A stretch of DNA of 64,000 nucleotides, taken from the NCBI RefSeq assembly GCF_009914755.1, contig NC_060941.1. One strand, given 5' to 3'. How positions within the stretch are numbered: position 1 is the stretch's first letter; every line of letters begins with the position of its first letter. The notes below the pieces were generated by a model. The model saw only the letters and a program-made list of their open reading frames with translations, did not search any database and was not told the origin of the DNA. The position numbers and the translations under genes were made by a program. Below, in pieces: positions 27,436 to 43,445 of the stretch. This stretch comes from the human T2T-CHM13v2.0 reference genome, Homo sapiens.

Positions 27436-28856
27436 ATAGAAAGCAGGTACTATTAATTCACCTTATAGAGTGCCATGCATTCAGCATAGTTATGTGCTAA
27501 GTAAGTGGTTGCTGTTGTTGGTAATGAAGGCCAGGCTAATAAATCTTTTGCAGGATGGTAGTATTTATGCTTTTGTTTAAACACTTCTCCCTGTACAGGG
27601 CTTTCTCTTGTACTCCTAGAATGCAGGTAAACTTAAGTTTTTCTCTATGGTATTATCGATTCCAGTTAATTATTTTTTTAATTTAAAAGTTTTAAAAATT
27701 TTATATGAGAGGGGAAAAAATTGAGTATTCACAATTCATCAGAAAGCCTTTAATTTACCATTATTTGGGAGTTTTTACTATTATAAAGACATTTATGGAG
27801 TGGTATGTGGATTGGAACTGCAGATTGGCATAAAGGACTGCTACTATCACTGTCACCAACAAAGGTTGCAGCTTAAAATTTTGCCTGGACAGCAAGTCTA
27901 AAATTTCTGCCATCAGAGCATAATCCAAGTCACAACTCTAAAAAGAAAAACCAAAACCAAACAAACCACCAGAGGTTAAACATATGCATGAGACATTGGA
28001 AGGCTGGGGGAAGGAGAAGGGAAGCATTCTGCAACCCGCCCTCTTCATTCATGCTGCCAGAAGGGCAAATAAGAATTGTGTCCCTCTTGCTTCTGGCAGT
28101 TGGCACACCCTAAGTGACAGCACATTTCAAGAAGCTGTTTTATTTGCTTGAGTTGTCTCGTTCTTTCAACTGCTATAGTGTTGTGGGTCCTGCTAAAATA
28201 TCTTTGGGGGTGTGGGTGAAGAGTGGCGAATCACAAATTTAGTAGCCAGTTTTTCCCCAGGGGGCGGAAAAAAAAAAACAAAGAGTGACCAAGTAACCAA
28301 GTAAAGAGAGCTATGAGTTCAATAACCAGGATTATCCCATGGCAAGGATTCTGTTATCGTTGAGCATGATTCCTTTATCTCTCAGAGACAATCAACCTTC
28401 AGCCAGAGGAGTGTAACCTTAAAACCTCATAACTCAATTTAACATAGTGTTAAAGTTTGGGGGGATATTTATCAGTGCTGAGGCTGATATAATCAGTCTG
28501 AGGGACCCTAGAACAAAGAGCAGTGGGTGAAGAACATGTCACCTCCGTGCACATTCGTTTCCTTGATGAACAAGGGGCTATTAGCTGCAGAGAAAGCATT
28601 ATCTAGGTGAAGAATGATGCCGATTGTTTTAGCTACTTCTTTTGAAATTGTGGAATAGAACACAGAATCTTAGTGAGTTAAGGGAGCAGTTTTTGTTAAT
28701 ATGATGTGGATTTTTTAAAAAAAAATAAGTTTAATTTGGCAGAATATATAGACACATTCTTCTATAGCAACCAGGAATTAATTTGAAACATACATCTCTT
28801 TTAACCTCTGCTCTTAGGCTCTTACCTCATTAAATCAAAAAGTTTAAAGATAATCA

Positions 28857-29159
<303 letters not shown>

Positions 29160-32100
29160 ATAATCATATAAGGCTTTTAAAAAATCTAGTTTTCATGCAA
29201 AATACTAGCTTTCATGCAAAATTTAAGAAGAAAGGCCATATATGGCTTTTTTAGTAATAAGCTAGTTAATAAAGCATCTAAGGAAGGAGAAAATATGTTC
29301 ATTGAACATCTGACTTTTTAAAGGGCTAGGCATCATCTTCAAAATTTAATTCTCAATAAATTATAAACTTTAATTGTGAATTTTTATACAAAATATTATT
29401 TCTTAACATACCTTCCCAATAAAATTTTGTCACTCTCTTCACATTATGTTGTAAATTAATCATTGTCCTTACTGATTCTAAGTAGAAAAGTAACTTGTAA
29501 TGCCTTTTTAAAAACTACCTCATGATTTTAGTTTGTTTTTTAAAAGCACTTTTAAAAAATAATTACATTCTTGTTTTAAAATACATTTTCTTTAATTTTA
29601 CCTTTCAGCATAGTTTATTATATTATTACAGCTTTAAATAACTCGATAACATTTATACAAGAATAATCATATTAACTTCTCTGTATGCAGGTTTTCTGAT
29701 TTAAAATATAAAATTTTATTATTTTTGTTGAATAGGCTTACTTTTTATAATTTCTTTTTACATGCTCTCTGGATATGCTGGACTATGAAATGATAATTTA
29801 AGTTAACATCTTGGAAATCCAGGAACTTGCATATAACAAACTTATTAAAATATATTTCAGAAACTAAACTTTAGACGATAACATAAAATATCTGCTTTTA
29901 TCATTTAAAAAATGACGAGCATATTTCATTTTAAAAGGATAGTAAAAGTTTCTTAATCAAAAACTTCTCAGGGATTTTTAACCACAAGGATTTACTGCAA
30001 ACCTGCTGCATCTGCCAGGCCAGTAAAACTTGCCAGCCCACCTCAGTCAATACCTCATATCAAGATGCCACATTTTAAAAATCTTCCTGATCAGGTAAAT
30101 ATTATAGAATATATCCTTTTCTAACTCTGCAGATATAGCTTTCATGGAGACATTTATGAGCGCTGAAAGAATTGAGGGAAAAATAAAACCCACACTACTT
30201 TTTAGGGTTTTAAAAAAATTCTTTATTGGAATTTCAATAATTCATTTAGCAGAGTGTGCAAAAAATTTCATAGAAATCTTTCCTTAATTTCACACTTTTG
30301 CCATATATTGAAAATCATACCCAGCATGGTCTTATATCACTTGGACTGAAAAATATAATATGTTAGAATTATTATGAGTGATAACATGGGTAAGAGTTTA
30401 AAGAACATTATAACTAAATCGGACAGAATTCAATTTTTGCCTATTCTAGATAGGAAAAGTAAACTTAAAGTTGTGAAACCTTTTACCTAGGTTGTGGCTT
30501 CTGCATTGCCAGACCAGGACCTCTGCAATGTTCTGTACAGTGATTCATACTGTAACAGCCATAATTTCAATATACAGTATCTCACCCTGTAACAATCATA
30601 AGCAAACTATGAAATGTGTCACAATTACTTACTCAACTGGCAGAATTAACCAAATCACCACTTGTGCAATTTCAGCTGTTTGCCTTAAATAACTTCTTAA
30701 AAACAAAAAGAAACAACAAAATGTAATAATGTAAGAAATAACATAAGTATGTAAGAAGCAACAAAAAGGCTGACAGAAGGCCAGCATTAAATAAAAATGT
30801 AAACGCTCTGAAAGCTTATGATTTATGTGCCTTCACAAGTTAGTCCTCATTTATTTTTGCCAGATCTAGTTAGTGGAGTAACCTAGCCTTCCTAACTGCA
30901 CTGGAATTGATAGGAACTTTTCCACCATTTGTCCTAAATTTCTTTGCATCTGATAGGCAAAGTCATTATTCTTTCATATACCTTTTTATCTCAATTAGAC
31001 AAAGCTGAGACGTTTTATATTGCTGGAAAATGTTTTTCTGCTGGTAAGACAAGCCATATATATTGCCTCTTAACACTGAATGAAACATATCTAACCAAAT
31101 TAATATATTTAGAGTTAGGGAATTACATTAAAATTTAAAATTTTATCCATGGAACAAATATGAAAGCAGTAAAAAGTTTTCCCTGTTTAGCTCCTTCTAA
31201 TGTATCTCATCCCAAACAAATAGGGAATTTTAATGAATCCAAATTAGGGGGAAAACATTTAAAATACTAATACTGTCAAATTTAAGTAAATTTGCTATTT
31301 TTGAGAAAGCAAACATGTAATAGATTCCACATGAAGAGCTCCTTGAATCATCCTGATGTTTCCTAGGAAAATTAAGGCAGATGTTTGCTTTATAGATGAA
31401 AGCATTTGCACACACAGAGCTAGAAAGCAAAGAAGGTAGAAGTAAACTGCCTTACTTTCAGTTTCAATTATATGATAAAAAAGTTATATTTAAAATAAGA
31501 TACTTAACAGGTACTCAGATGCAGTTTCCTAGGAAATTCCCTTCTATCCTACACTTTGACAAATATTCTGATACCCCAAGAGACCCTGACACCTTCTTAT
31601 AGCTACACAAGTTAAACTTCTGCAAACAATTTCTATATTATACTGTTATCAACTTTAATATTCAAAAAAATTAGTCATTGTAATTTCCCTAATAGTGCTA
31701 AAAGAAAGAGCACAAAATATTAAGCTAATTAATAAATTCTGTTTTAAAAATAAGTATTCTAGAATGAACCTTTTCCCAATAGCCAAGTAAAGACAGATCC
31801 CTTCAGAGAGCTTTGTGAAAATATATCAAGTAACTTAAAAACAATAAAGAATGTATACCCAAGAACAATCACAACTTTTTGGTGACCAAAGCAATTGAAA
31901 TATGCATAGTAGTAAATAGCACAGGTATAACTAAAGGCCATCTTCTGCTTCTCTACTCAGATAAGAATGTTCCAGAGTTTTTATAAAAATCCACAATTTT
32001 ATCTGTCTCATGAAAGCACGGCCTTTACATTAAAAAAAAATCAGGCCCAGCAGGTATCTAAGAAATCTGACACAGATCAAGAAATCAAGGTAAGATTGCC

Positions 32101-35100
32101 TAACCTGATTATAGTTAAATCTCAAAAATGTTATATCAAATTATTATTTTTTAAAAATACATACAAATTAGATCATTCCTATGTAGATCCATAAATGTTT
32201 TGCTATTAAGATGTTTGATCTGTAGGTTGGTTAAATTTTGTCTTCAGGTGCTCATAGGAATGTTAATACTAAAAATTAATATTAATAAATAGCTGAGATT
32301 AAAATTTTATTCACATATCTTAAGGGAGAAGCACATAGTTTAATAAAAGTAAATTGATTTCCTTATTTAAAAAAATAATCATAATCTCTTAAAGTTGGGG
32401 AGAAAGAAGAAAAATTAGTCAAAATTATGAGTTTCCTAATTAATATTTGATCATTGTATATTCTCACTCACTTCACCTGCGACTGACCCCTTTTCATTTT
32501 GTTCTGCTATGTCTATATCATTCTTCTCTTACAATTCCTCAATTAGTATAATATTCAGTACTCCCTTTTGAGGAAAAAAGGGCAATATTTAATATTAAAA
32601 ATCATGGTCTCAAATTTATTCCTAGAGTTCCCAGAATAACTAAATAGGACCCCATATTTTCATCAGAATGTGATTTGAGCATAAAGGCAATCTACCTTAA
32701 CCATTACTCAAGTTTCTGAATAGCCTGAAACAAAACAAAACAAAACAAACTAAGGGATAGTGTCTAATTTTAATCACTTTTTGCATTGCCATCTAAGACA
32801 CATTAATAGCAACTTTTCATTGATTCTTGTCTAGAGATCAACTATTTCAAGGCAGAAGGGTTACTTTTAGTAGTCTCCTAGAAAACAAACATAATTTTTT
32901 GCTACCTGTAAAAATTTATTCCATAGGCAATTCACATGAAGACATTTGCACACCAGTTCAGTGTCTTCTTCAGCTATTTGCTACTTACTTAGAACTTCAA
33001 TATCTGAAATGTGTCCACCATAGAAGGAATGCTACAATAATAAGTTGTAAAATAATTGTAAAACTGGTAAAATTAATATGTTGTAGGAGACAGAGGAGAT
33101 CTGATTAAATATGTTAGAAATGCTAACCACATCCATTTGTAATTGGCAAAGAAAAAAATATCTGTGAATTTGGCTTAAAATTCATATTTAACACACTCCC
33201 TTTATTTATCTGTTTAGGAATACAAACCCTCAAGATTATAGTTTTATTTGTCCTCCCTTTAACTTGTGTAATAATAAGAACATATGAAATGATTTTAAGT
33301 AATATTTTTGAGGTTTTAAGGAATTAATAAAAGAACAGGAATTTCTCATATCTGAGTATGCGTATGCGTACGCACAGATACATATAACAGTTTTAATTTT
33401 TGAATTCACTACGTAAGCTCACATGTTGAGAACTTACATATCTTAGCCTTCCTCTTCACTAAAGCAAAACAAAATAAAAATCCAGAAAAGCCCAAAAGTA
33501 GTATTTCCTTTTACCACGAGAGGGAGCTAGAGAATTCTGATCTCTTTCAAGGTCTATAAAACCCTCTTAACTGCTACTTTATAGACATTCAATTACAACA
33601 GGCCATAATACATTAAAGCATTAAAATACACATATATCCCAACATATGCCAAAGCAAGCACTACACTGGTGTGCTCTCCAGATGATCACCAATACCAACA
33701 TCTAATAAACACTTAGGCATCTTCTAGTGGTTTATATGAGATTTTACTCTTGAGCACTCCCCTCCCCATAGGGCAGCTCTCTTGGTTAGGTGATCCCCTT
33801 GGAATGGAAAATATCAAGCAGTGTGATAAAATACCTAAGCACTGGAAGTATGACAGGGGCAGAGTGAGGTAAGGATTAAGAGAACTGAAATTTATGTAGT
33901 TTGGAAAAGTGAAGACTCTGGGGATAAATGTTCAGTCTTTAATACTTTCTAAAGGTAACAATATAAATGAATTAGGGGAATTATTCAGTCTCAGAAGATG
34001 GTATAGAAAAGAGCAATGGCCTGAAACTAAGGAAGGAAAAGTTTAGGTTAGACATGAAGAATAAATTAGGAATAATAGTTGGGCAGGAAAGATGTCCGGC
34101 AAAGGGAGGACCCAAAGCGTAATCACTATATTTGATAATTAAATGAGATATTAGTAAGAATGATGTGAATTCATTAGAAGGGCTAGATTAGATAACTCAA
34201 AGTAATTTTTTTCCCCTAAGCTCTGACAATCTCTAGGTTCAACTGTATTCTTGGGCATTCACAAATGTCTTTCATTGATGATAATGATCACTTGTAGAGA
34301 GAAGAGCTAGTAATTCTAGTTAACCCTATGTTTTGTTGATTAAAATAAAATCTGGGGTATTATAATGAGACAACATAATAATAAAATTAACCAAGACAAC
34401 AATGTATATCTTTCAGATTATTCTGTGAAAATATACTATACCATATAAGCTATATTCTAACAAAATGGGTCAGCAAATTGGAAAAGGCTTCTATAAGTGA
34501 AAACTTCCCATAAAGGAACAATTCCTCTCTAAATCCCAATCTTTTACAAGCCAGAGAATCCATTCCATATAATCTTTCTTTCCTGCTAGACCAGTGTATC
34601 CGGATTTAAGCTACTTAGGGCCCAACATAAAAAAGGCTGTCACTCAAAGTTAGAAAGGCAGCCTAGAGCAGAAGTATAATATAGTTTATGAATTCAACAA
34701 TCTTTCCCTAGTAAGCCATAATATTCTAGACTAAGACGTGGTTCAGCATTGTGTTAAATAGTGTTATTAACCTTTCTTTTTTACTTGAAAAGTCAGACTT
34801 CTATGTTAGGCCAAAATAAATTATGACTAGTAGAAAAACAAAAACTATCAAAGCAGGAAGATTCAGGAAGATTCCTTTGCTCACTAAGGAATCACATCTT
34901 ATTCCTTTTTCATATCCTCTACATAGCATCCAAACTCGTGATGGAATAAGGACATTCAATATTGGTATTCAATAATGAACTCTTCATTAGTAGTGTATTA
35001 AAATCTATAACATGGACAAAAAGGCCAAAAAAGATAATTAATTAGTTCTATGTCAAATCAATTCAGGGGCTTAATGCACGTTATTCATAACTATAATTGT

Positions 35101-35216
35101 TGGCATTTATGGAGCCTTTTTGAAATTCTTTATAAACTATACCACTTCCAAATCATCCTAGGAAAATAGTAAGAACATATATAGGCAAGAGAGACACATG
35201 TGTCTGAAGAACTTGA

Positions 35217-35890
<674 letters not shown>

Positions 35891-37339
35891 ACTTACCATC
35901 TTTAAAATTTAGTTTTCTCTTTGTTAAAACAGAGACTAGATTAGGTTATTGCCAACTCTCTTCCAGCTCTTAAATTCCATGATTTTATGTAGAATTTAAC
36001 CCAAATGTATGGGTTAAATTCGCAAGGAGTTTGTTTTAGTGAAAGAAGCATTATGGAAGATGTCCAGCTATCAACACATGTGAGAGCACTTTACTGGGTA
36101 CTGGATGAAAAGTTAGAGTTTAAACACACACCAACAGCCCAAAATGCTGGGTTGAAAATGAAAAACGGGTCATTCATAGACAGATAATTGTTACTGTTTT
36201 TTAATTCTTCATGAAAACATGTATAATCCTTGGTAACCATTTGTTTAAGTAATATAAATTACTGTCAACTTGGAAGCCCAGTTTGTCATCTTCATCTGTG
36301 ATTTATACCAGACTATATAAACGACATGATTTCTTAGATCTAATAAGACATTTATCTTCATGAAGGAAGCCACTGTGATCCTGAGTGACAGTTTACTTAC
36401 CCTTATCACAGTAAACTCAACACCAAGTCCTTAATTTCTCCCAATGATCTGAAATCTGATGGACTCACCTAAAGCCAACACAAACTTGTTTAGAAATCCA
36501 CCAGGTTCATGAAAGTGTGTGTTCTACTGTAGAATTCATTATTTGGCTCCAAAAACACAGACATGGATATAAGTTTTTATGTTCTTCCACAGTATGTGCC
36601 TCTAAACACACATACATAACTTCCATTAGCTTTGACAGGAGTCATGTGCCTTTATTAAAGAAAAATATACCTTCTAGCTAACAACAAAGATCAAAGCAGT
36701 TGTCTGAAGAATAAAAAGAAAATGAGAAAAATGCTTGCTTGAATATATGTATGTATGCATATATGTTTATTTACAGACTTATTTATGGAAAGAGACTATA
36801 TTGAATCATTTTCATTATCTTCATATCATAGAATAAAAAGGAACTAAAAACTCCAAATATGTTCACATAGCTTACATAGTTTTAAAAAAATACACACGAA
36901 GAAAGTTAACAAGCCTAACCCCATCAGTGAGAAGGAAGCAAATGGCTTGCTGTTTTTAAGCCATTAATTTTTTCAATCTACTAGGGTCCTATTGGTGCTA
37001 GAATACTATGTATTATTGGTGCTAGGGTACCAGTGACTGAACCTACATAGGTTTCTAACACTCCAAGTAAAGCAGCCCTAAATTATGCACATTTTACTCC
37101 AAAGTTGTCAGCAAGATTCCACCTAAGATTTATCCTGATCAGTGAGGTCATTTACCTCTAATCCCTGCATCATTAATTCACATACCTCAGTAAACATTGT
37201 AAGAAGCTCAGGTTATTTACTCTGTGAAACAATATAATTTATACACTAAAATCAGGCCTTACCCCTGACTCACAATAATGGGGATCTCAAACTGGCTTAT
37301 GAACATTTTTTATACTCACTGAGTATAAAGTCTACCAGT

Positions 37340-37648
<309 letters not shown>

Positions 37649-37809
37649 CTATCGAGGGTGCTGTCATAGATTTAGAGGCGAAACTAACTTAATAAGTGGA
37701 AGTTCTAGGAATAGGATTTCAGTTCATTAAGAGGGGGTCTTTTTAATCAATTAGAGCTCTTTATAAGTACCTAATAATATGACCCTGAAAACAAAACAAA
37801 CAAAACATG

Positions 37810-38340
37810 GAAAAAAATGAATATATCTACAATTGTAATTGGAGATTTCACACAGTCCTCTCAGGAGAGAAAAGAAAATCTAGGAATATAAAAGATTTAA
37901 AGAGTATTATTTATAAAAATAAAAAGAGTAAGAGTGTAATCAATGAATGTTTCTGAAGCACACATAGCACATAAGCAAAACCTGATCATTACAGCTACAA
38001 AGGAAGTCTCAACAAAGTCCAAAGAATCAAAATAATATACACTGTGCTCTTACATTATAAAGTAATAAAATCTGAAGTCAATAATAAAAGAGTAGGTTTT
38101 AAAATTCTTGAAACTACAACAAAACAAACTAAAATAAAAACTAGAACGTAAACACAAAAAATGCTTCTAAGTAGCATGTAAGTTAAAAAGAATATCATAA
38201 AGGAAATGATAAAACACTTAGAATAATTATGAATGAAATTTTGTGGGATGCAGTAAAAGCATTTAGAGGATAATTTTTAGCTATGAACACATTTATTTTA
38301 AAAATCAACATTATATCCAGTGAAAAAAGCAATAAGGAAA
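37810..38340 (+). mobile_element. Degraded old L1 ORF2 (endonuclease-region) fragment
   Basis: acaattgtaattggagatttca, aagtctcaacaaa...agaatcaaaataata, ttgtgggatgcagtaaaagca...tttttagc; no intact ORF. Confidence 0.65.
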
Positions 38341-38409
38341 ATGAGTTGGAAAGCCCGTAAGAGTAGATGTCTACAGAGGAACAAACATCCACCTCAGCAG
38401 AACTCTTCA

Positions 38410-38630
38410 AAAAGCAATGGCTTTGAAATCTATTGGAACTCTATTCCCTCATGTGGATTAGATGTGTCATCCTTGGTCAAGTCAATTAATTTCTCTAAGC
38501 CTGAATACTTTACCTGTAAAATGGGTAACAGTGTCTTCCTCTCTGAGCTGGTTTGAGAATTAAATGAGATAACCCATGGAAAGCACTTAGTAAAGAATAG
38601 TAAACACTCGATAAATGGTTCCTATTACTA
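38410..38630 (+). mobile_element. MIR
   Basis: ccttggtcaagtcaattaatttctctaagcct...ctgtaaaatggg...gagaattaaatgagataa...aaagcacttag. Confidence 0.75.
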
Positions 38631-39851
38631 GATGACTTTATCATCCCTTCCAACTCCCAGATTCCATGATACTAACTTTGGCACCATGAAATTTAAGACA
38701 AACTTGAACTCTGGCTACAATAATTTAATCAGTAAATTAAACCTTCATTTTAATTTCAGAATACTAAAACAGTTTTGTTTAAAATAGATTCATATCTAAT
38801 GCTTTCTCCCCACTATTATAAAAATAAAACCCACAATGATCAACAAAATCTAGTCTATTATTATTCATAATCTTAAATGCAAAATTGACTTGTATTTCAG
38901 AACTAAAATGAAAACAGAGAAATGTCTTAAAAGTGCTAAAAATAGCACTGTAAAAAAAGGGTTCTTTTTATTTCCAGAATATTCTCTATATTTTTAAATG
39001 TTCTTTTCAGAAATGGCATGGAGTTGAAAATAGCTACTATTGGTACTTTAACATGTTTGCAGTTCCTTTTAAATCAACAAGTATGTAATAAAATCAATCA
39101 ACAACAGTCTCTTCAGTTATTCATTACTACTCTTTTCCAGTGATAGTTACAGGTCTTTCCTTTTCCAGTTGTTTCTCATTTTGCTGAAGAATAAGAATCT
39201 TCTCTAACCTTCAACATCCTGATGCACAAAGAAGCTCTAAAATATTCTCACTTCTATCCAGATTTAATTGTTCAATATCCATTCACCCATTCTTTAATTA
39301 GAACGTAAACATATATAACAAATAAATACATTATCATAGATTTTAGGTTTCTTCTAAAATAATTTTATTTTTTCTTTTTCTTCCAGAAGGAGTCACTATA
39401 TCCTGCTTACAGAATGATCACTTTCCCCAATCCACTTTAAAAAATAATGTAGGTATGCAGGGATTCTTCATTATACTAACAAAGTAAGTTTATAAATACA
39501 TTAAAATCCACTGTATATTTGGACGCTGAAAACAATCAGATCTTGAGCTTTGTAGTTGCCTGGCTCTTGTACTAAGTATTGTGGTCAGTGTTTCCTACTA
39601 CATTTTTTTCCTTCCATATGGTAAAAACTATGCTTTTAGTTCAGAAATCTAAATGTTATTACTTGTTAGCAAGTTTTTGTTCCCGATGGTGGGGCTGTGC
39701 TCTTGTGGGTGTCTCTCTCTGCCTTCAAATTGTGGGCATTTACAAAGGAAAAGGAGAAGGAATTGTAATTAGGTAGCAACAGGCTCTCATTTTTATGCAT
39801 GGGTTAGCCTGTAACCTTGGTTTTCATTTTTTGCTGTGTACCTGGCCAGGT

Positions 39852-39986
39852 TTCTATATTCTTCTAGCACTCTTTGTAGTTTTCACAAAGTCATGACCTA
39901 AACACAATATGCAGCATGCTTCTATATTCTTCTAGCACTCTTTGTAGTTTTCACAAAGTCATGACCTAAACACAATATGCAGCATG
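39852..39986. repeat. Perfect tandem duplication of a 67-bp unit (period 68)
   Basis: ttctatattcttctagcactctttgtagttttcacaaagtcatgacctaaacacaatatgcagcatg at 39852-39918 and 39920-39986, one C between. Confidence 0.97.
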
Positions 39987-40180
39987 GTTACTGCCCCTCA
40001 TCACTAAAATTATGGGTGGATGGGCCCGACTGTGTATCCTTTTATAATGGCAAGTCTAGGATACTACTCTAGCTGACAGTGGAAGACAAAATATCTGAAA
40101 TATTTTCACATTTTCTAATGAAGACAAAATTCGAGAAGCCTAAAATAACTGTCATTACAAAGAATGTTAAAGAGGAATAT

Positions 40181-40483
<303 letters not shown>

Positions 40484-40509
40484 CTATCTATAAAGACACT
40501 AACTTTATA

Positions 40510-40680
40510 TTTTTTTATTTGTCTACTTATTAATAGTTTTCCCAGTGAGATGGTAAGCTCCATGAGGGCAGGGACTGTATCTGCTTTCTCACTGCATTTT
40601 TCACCTGCAGCTTAACACAGTGTCTTGGTGTTAACTAGGAATCTTTAAACAAACATTTGTTTAAAAAAATGAATAAGTAG
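40510..40680 (+). mobile_element. L2 3' end
   Basis: gtaagctccatgagggcagggactgtatctg...cacagtgtcttgg...atttgtt...aatgaata. Confidence 0.7.
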
Positions 40681-41188
40681 CATATCAAGTGTTACCATTC
40701 TCTATAATGGTAAAAACTAATTAAATAGGATATAGAGATTGCTAAAAATTTTGACACCTTTATAACTTTCTCTTTAATTTCACAGGAAATGTATGTATCT
40801 TTAATTTTCAGGGGATGAAAATGAACATTTATTGTGCCTGTTATGTATTAGGCACTCAGGCACTGTGCTAGATTCAATGCTTTGCAGAAACTCACATTTA
40901 AACAGTATCACATCATCTTACAATCAAGTTTTTAACATAGAAATAGGTCTATTCCTACCTCTACCATTGACTATGTCACTTTGGGAATTCTTTAATTTCA
41001 TGCATAGAACTAAAAACAAAAATTTATTAAGTAAGAATTTAATATTACTAATATAATTAACTCCTCTTATGAGTTTTGCACTTTGGAGTTTTCCAGATTT
41101 ACCTCTTTCAACACAAATGTTTTTCCTAAATTTCAACTATTTTAATGAAAATATTTTTAAGCATAGTATTTTTATCTGTATGGTCTTA

Positions 41189-41238
41189 GCCAAAATGTTT
41201 GGAGTATGAATCTGCCAAAATGTTTGGAGTATGAATCT
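41189..41238. repeat. Perfect 25-bp tandem duplication
   Basis: gccaaaatgtttggagtatgaatct, two copies. Confidence 0.95.
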
Positions 41239-41274
41239 ATTTTTTTGGATATCTCAGATAAGGATAGTGGTAAG

Positions 41275-41520
41275 GATAGTAGAGTGGTTAAGAGCAGAGG
41301 TTTTAGAACCAGACTATGTATGTGTAAATCCTGGCACTACTACGTACCAGCTGTGTGATTTTAGATAAGTTAACTTCCCTGAGTCTGTTTCCTTGTCTGT
41401 AAAATAAGGGTAAACCTAATATCCACATTTTAGGGCAGTCTTGAGGATCAAATGATGACATATGCAGAGTGCTTACCATACAGATGATGCAAGGCAAATA
41501 GTAAGTGCTCAATAAACAAT
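41275..41520 (+). mobile_element. MIR, near full length
   Basis: gtggttaagagc...aatcctggc...agctgtgtga...ctgtaaaata...gaggatcaaatga...tagtaagtgctcaataaa. Confidence 0.85.
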
Positions 41521-43343
41521 AAATGCTGGCTAAAGAAGTTTTAATTTATTAAGGTACTGAGCACTTAGGTGAGCATGCACTCTTTTTCTCTATCATAGAA
41601 AATGACCCCAAACTGCTATTTAAAAAAAATTATTCTTAGATAAATTTTATTTATAGATTTTGTTTTCTATATAAAGTTTTGTTCTTGTTTCTTACCTTAA
41701 TCTTATTGTTAATTGATGCCTTTATAGTACCCCTTCTTCTAATTTGAAGCTCTACTGTGGGCTGAGAAACCAAAACACTGTATTGGTTAGAAACTTGTAA
41801 GAAGATTCCTCAGCAAAGGGCCTTAGGGGTTCTTCCAAGAGCAAGGTACATAAGTCACATCTATTTCCACTTAGAGGCCTTTCTGGATTACTTATTGTGT
41901 TCTCAGTTGTGTTTGGGAAAGTTGGAAATACCAAATAAGTGACCTAAGGATTAATGAGGCATTATTGTTCTAATTCTGTCAAGCATTAGAATAATCAAAA
42001 ACAAATGAAAAGTTGATTTCTTCCTGTTTTGCACTGTTAATTTTCTACAATTATTAATCAGCTACCAATGTAATTATTAAACTTTCAATCCAAACAATGT
42101 TTTTAGTGTAATACCTGAATCAATACACAGATCCTATATTACAAACCCCATTTTAAAACTTGGGTATTACTAATTGTGCTATTATACAAAATAAAATGTT
42201 TCTGTGTGATTCAACCCCCAGTTCTTATGTGGAGGTTATCAAGTCAGTGAAAGGGAAAAAAAACATGAATTGTCAAAAGGGCTAAATGAAATAACAATCA
42301 ATGGATAAAGTAAAAAGAGAGAGTAAAACAGAAATTATAAGCTCTTGAAATCTAAATAAAAAGAAATGGAAAGATTGCAGACTAACAAAGAAAAGTAAGG
42401 AATAATTTACCAACTTTATTCCCAATCCCTAAGCGAATAATGTGTTTCCAATTTGATGTTCAATTTAGTAGCACCTCTACCTTTTTAACCCTACTGGGAA
42501 GGCATGAGAGAGACTCTGATAAGAAAACCATGCGCATCCATGATGATGAAACCTTCTGCTCAGGTGGCCACATGACAGAAGAGGCACAGCGGATCCCCAC
42601 ACTTGGGAAATCTAGGCCTGAGCCAGAAACTGGCAGCCATCAGGCCAAAATATTTATATTTTATGTCTTATCTTAAAAATTCATGTATATTTTGCATTTC
42701 ATTATGTTATATACTGTGGAATTTTGAATATAAAAATAATGTTTCTAACAATTGAATTATTTAACTCCTCTCATTCCCAAATATTCAAGTAAAATTGATG
42801 CTCTAGGAAGATTCACACTGTGGTTCTTGTGGCTTTCCCTTCCCCTTGAGCAATACCAATATGGTCAGGGGTATGTGAGAAGTACAGGTGAAATGGTATC
42901 TTATTATATACTATGATGAGCTCAAGGGTCTCAAATGATCCACAGAAAATTAATAATCCAACAATCATTAAATAAAAGCTTCAATTCTCATGTAAATCAG
43001 TGAAGCTAAAAAATCCAAAAGAATGGTATAAACTAGGCCCTGAAATCTTAAAATGCCCTCTTAGCTATTGAGCTACGGTTTTTATAAAAAGATCAATAAT
43101 GATGTCTTCCTGTTCCAATATGGAATTAGTGTCTCCCTAAGTACATTAACTTCAGAAGTATTGAATTACCAAGGAGGATCAGCACCACAATGAAACAAAT
43201 AGTTGTTCTTTGCAAACTAGTGATTACCAGTACAGAAAACCCACCAAAGGCTGCTAGATACAAAAATGACAAAAGGCAAAGATGTCAGGCCAGAAGATAA
43301 TGAAGTATGGTAGTCACCCAAAATCCAGAAGGATAACACTCAC

Positions 43344-43445
43344 CCTCATCCTGATAATCTGACAAAAAGGGTGCATCGGATGTGAGGGACAGGCCAAGAG
43401 TCCCGCTGTGATTATCATCAGAGCTGTCCTGTCCAATGTCTCCCC
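43344..43445 (-). CDS. SKAP1: SKAP1 exon 4, 102-nt coding exon ([35 protein letters not shown]), linker before the PH domain
   Basis: Minus strand: branch-like gattaac, pyrimidine tract ttttctgtcttttttgtccctcag, exon, donor GAGG|gtgagt. Translation matches recalled human SKAP1 residues ~60-94. Phase 1-1. Confidence 0.97.

Noticed and set aside
28054-28099. ctgccagaag / cttctggcag 10-bp inverted repeat as a possible pre-miRNA
   Set aside because: Stem too short and interior poorly paired.
32989-33031. 43-nt possible cryptic exon on the minus strand (tag|...TAA|gtaagt)
   Set aside because: Modest pyrimidine tract and weak exonic donor positions; such pseudoexons are common in long introns.
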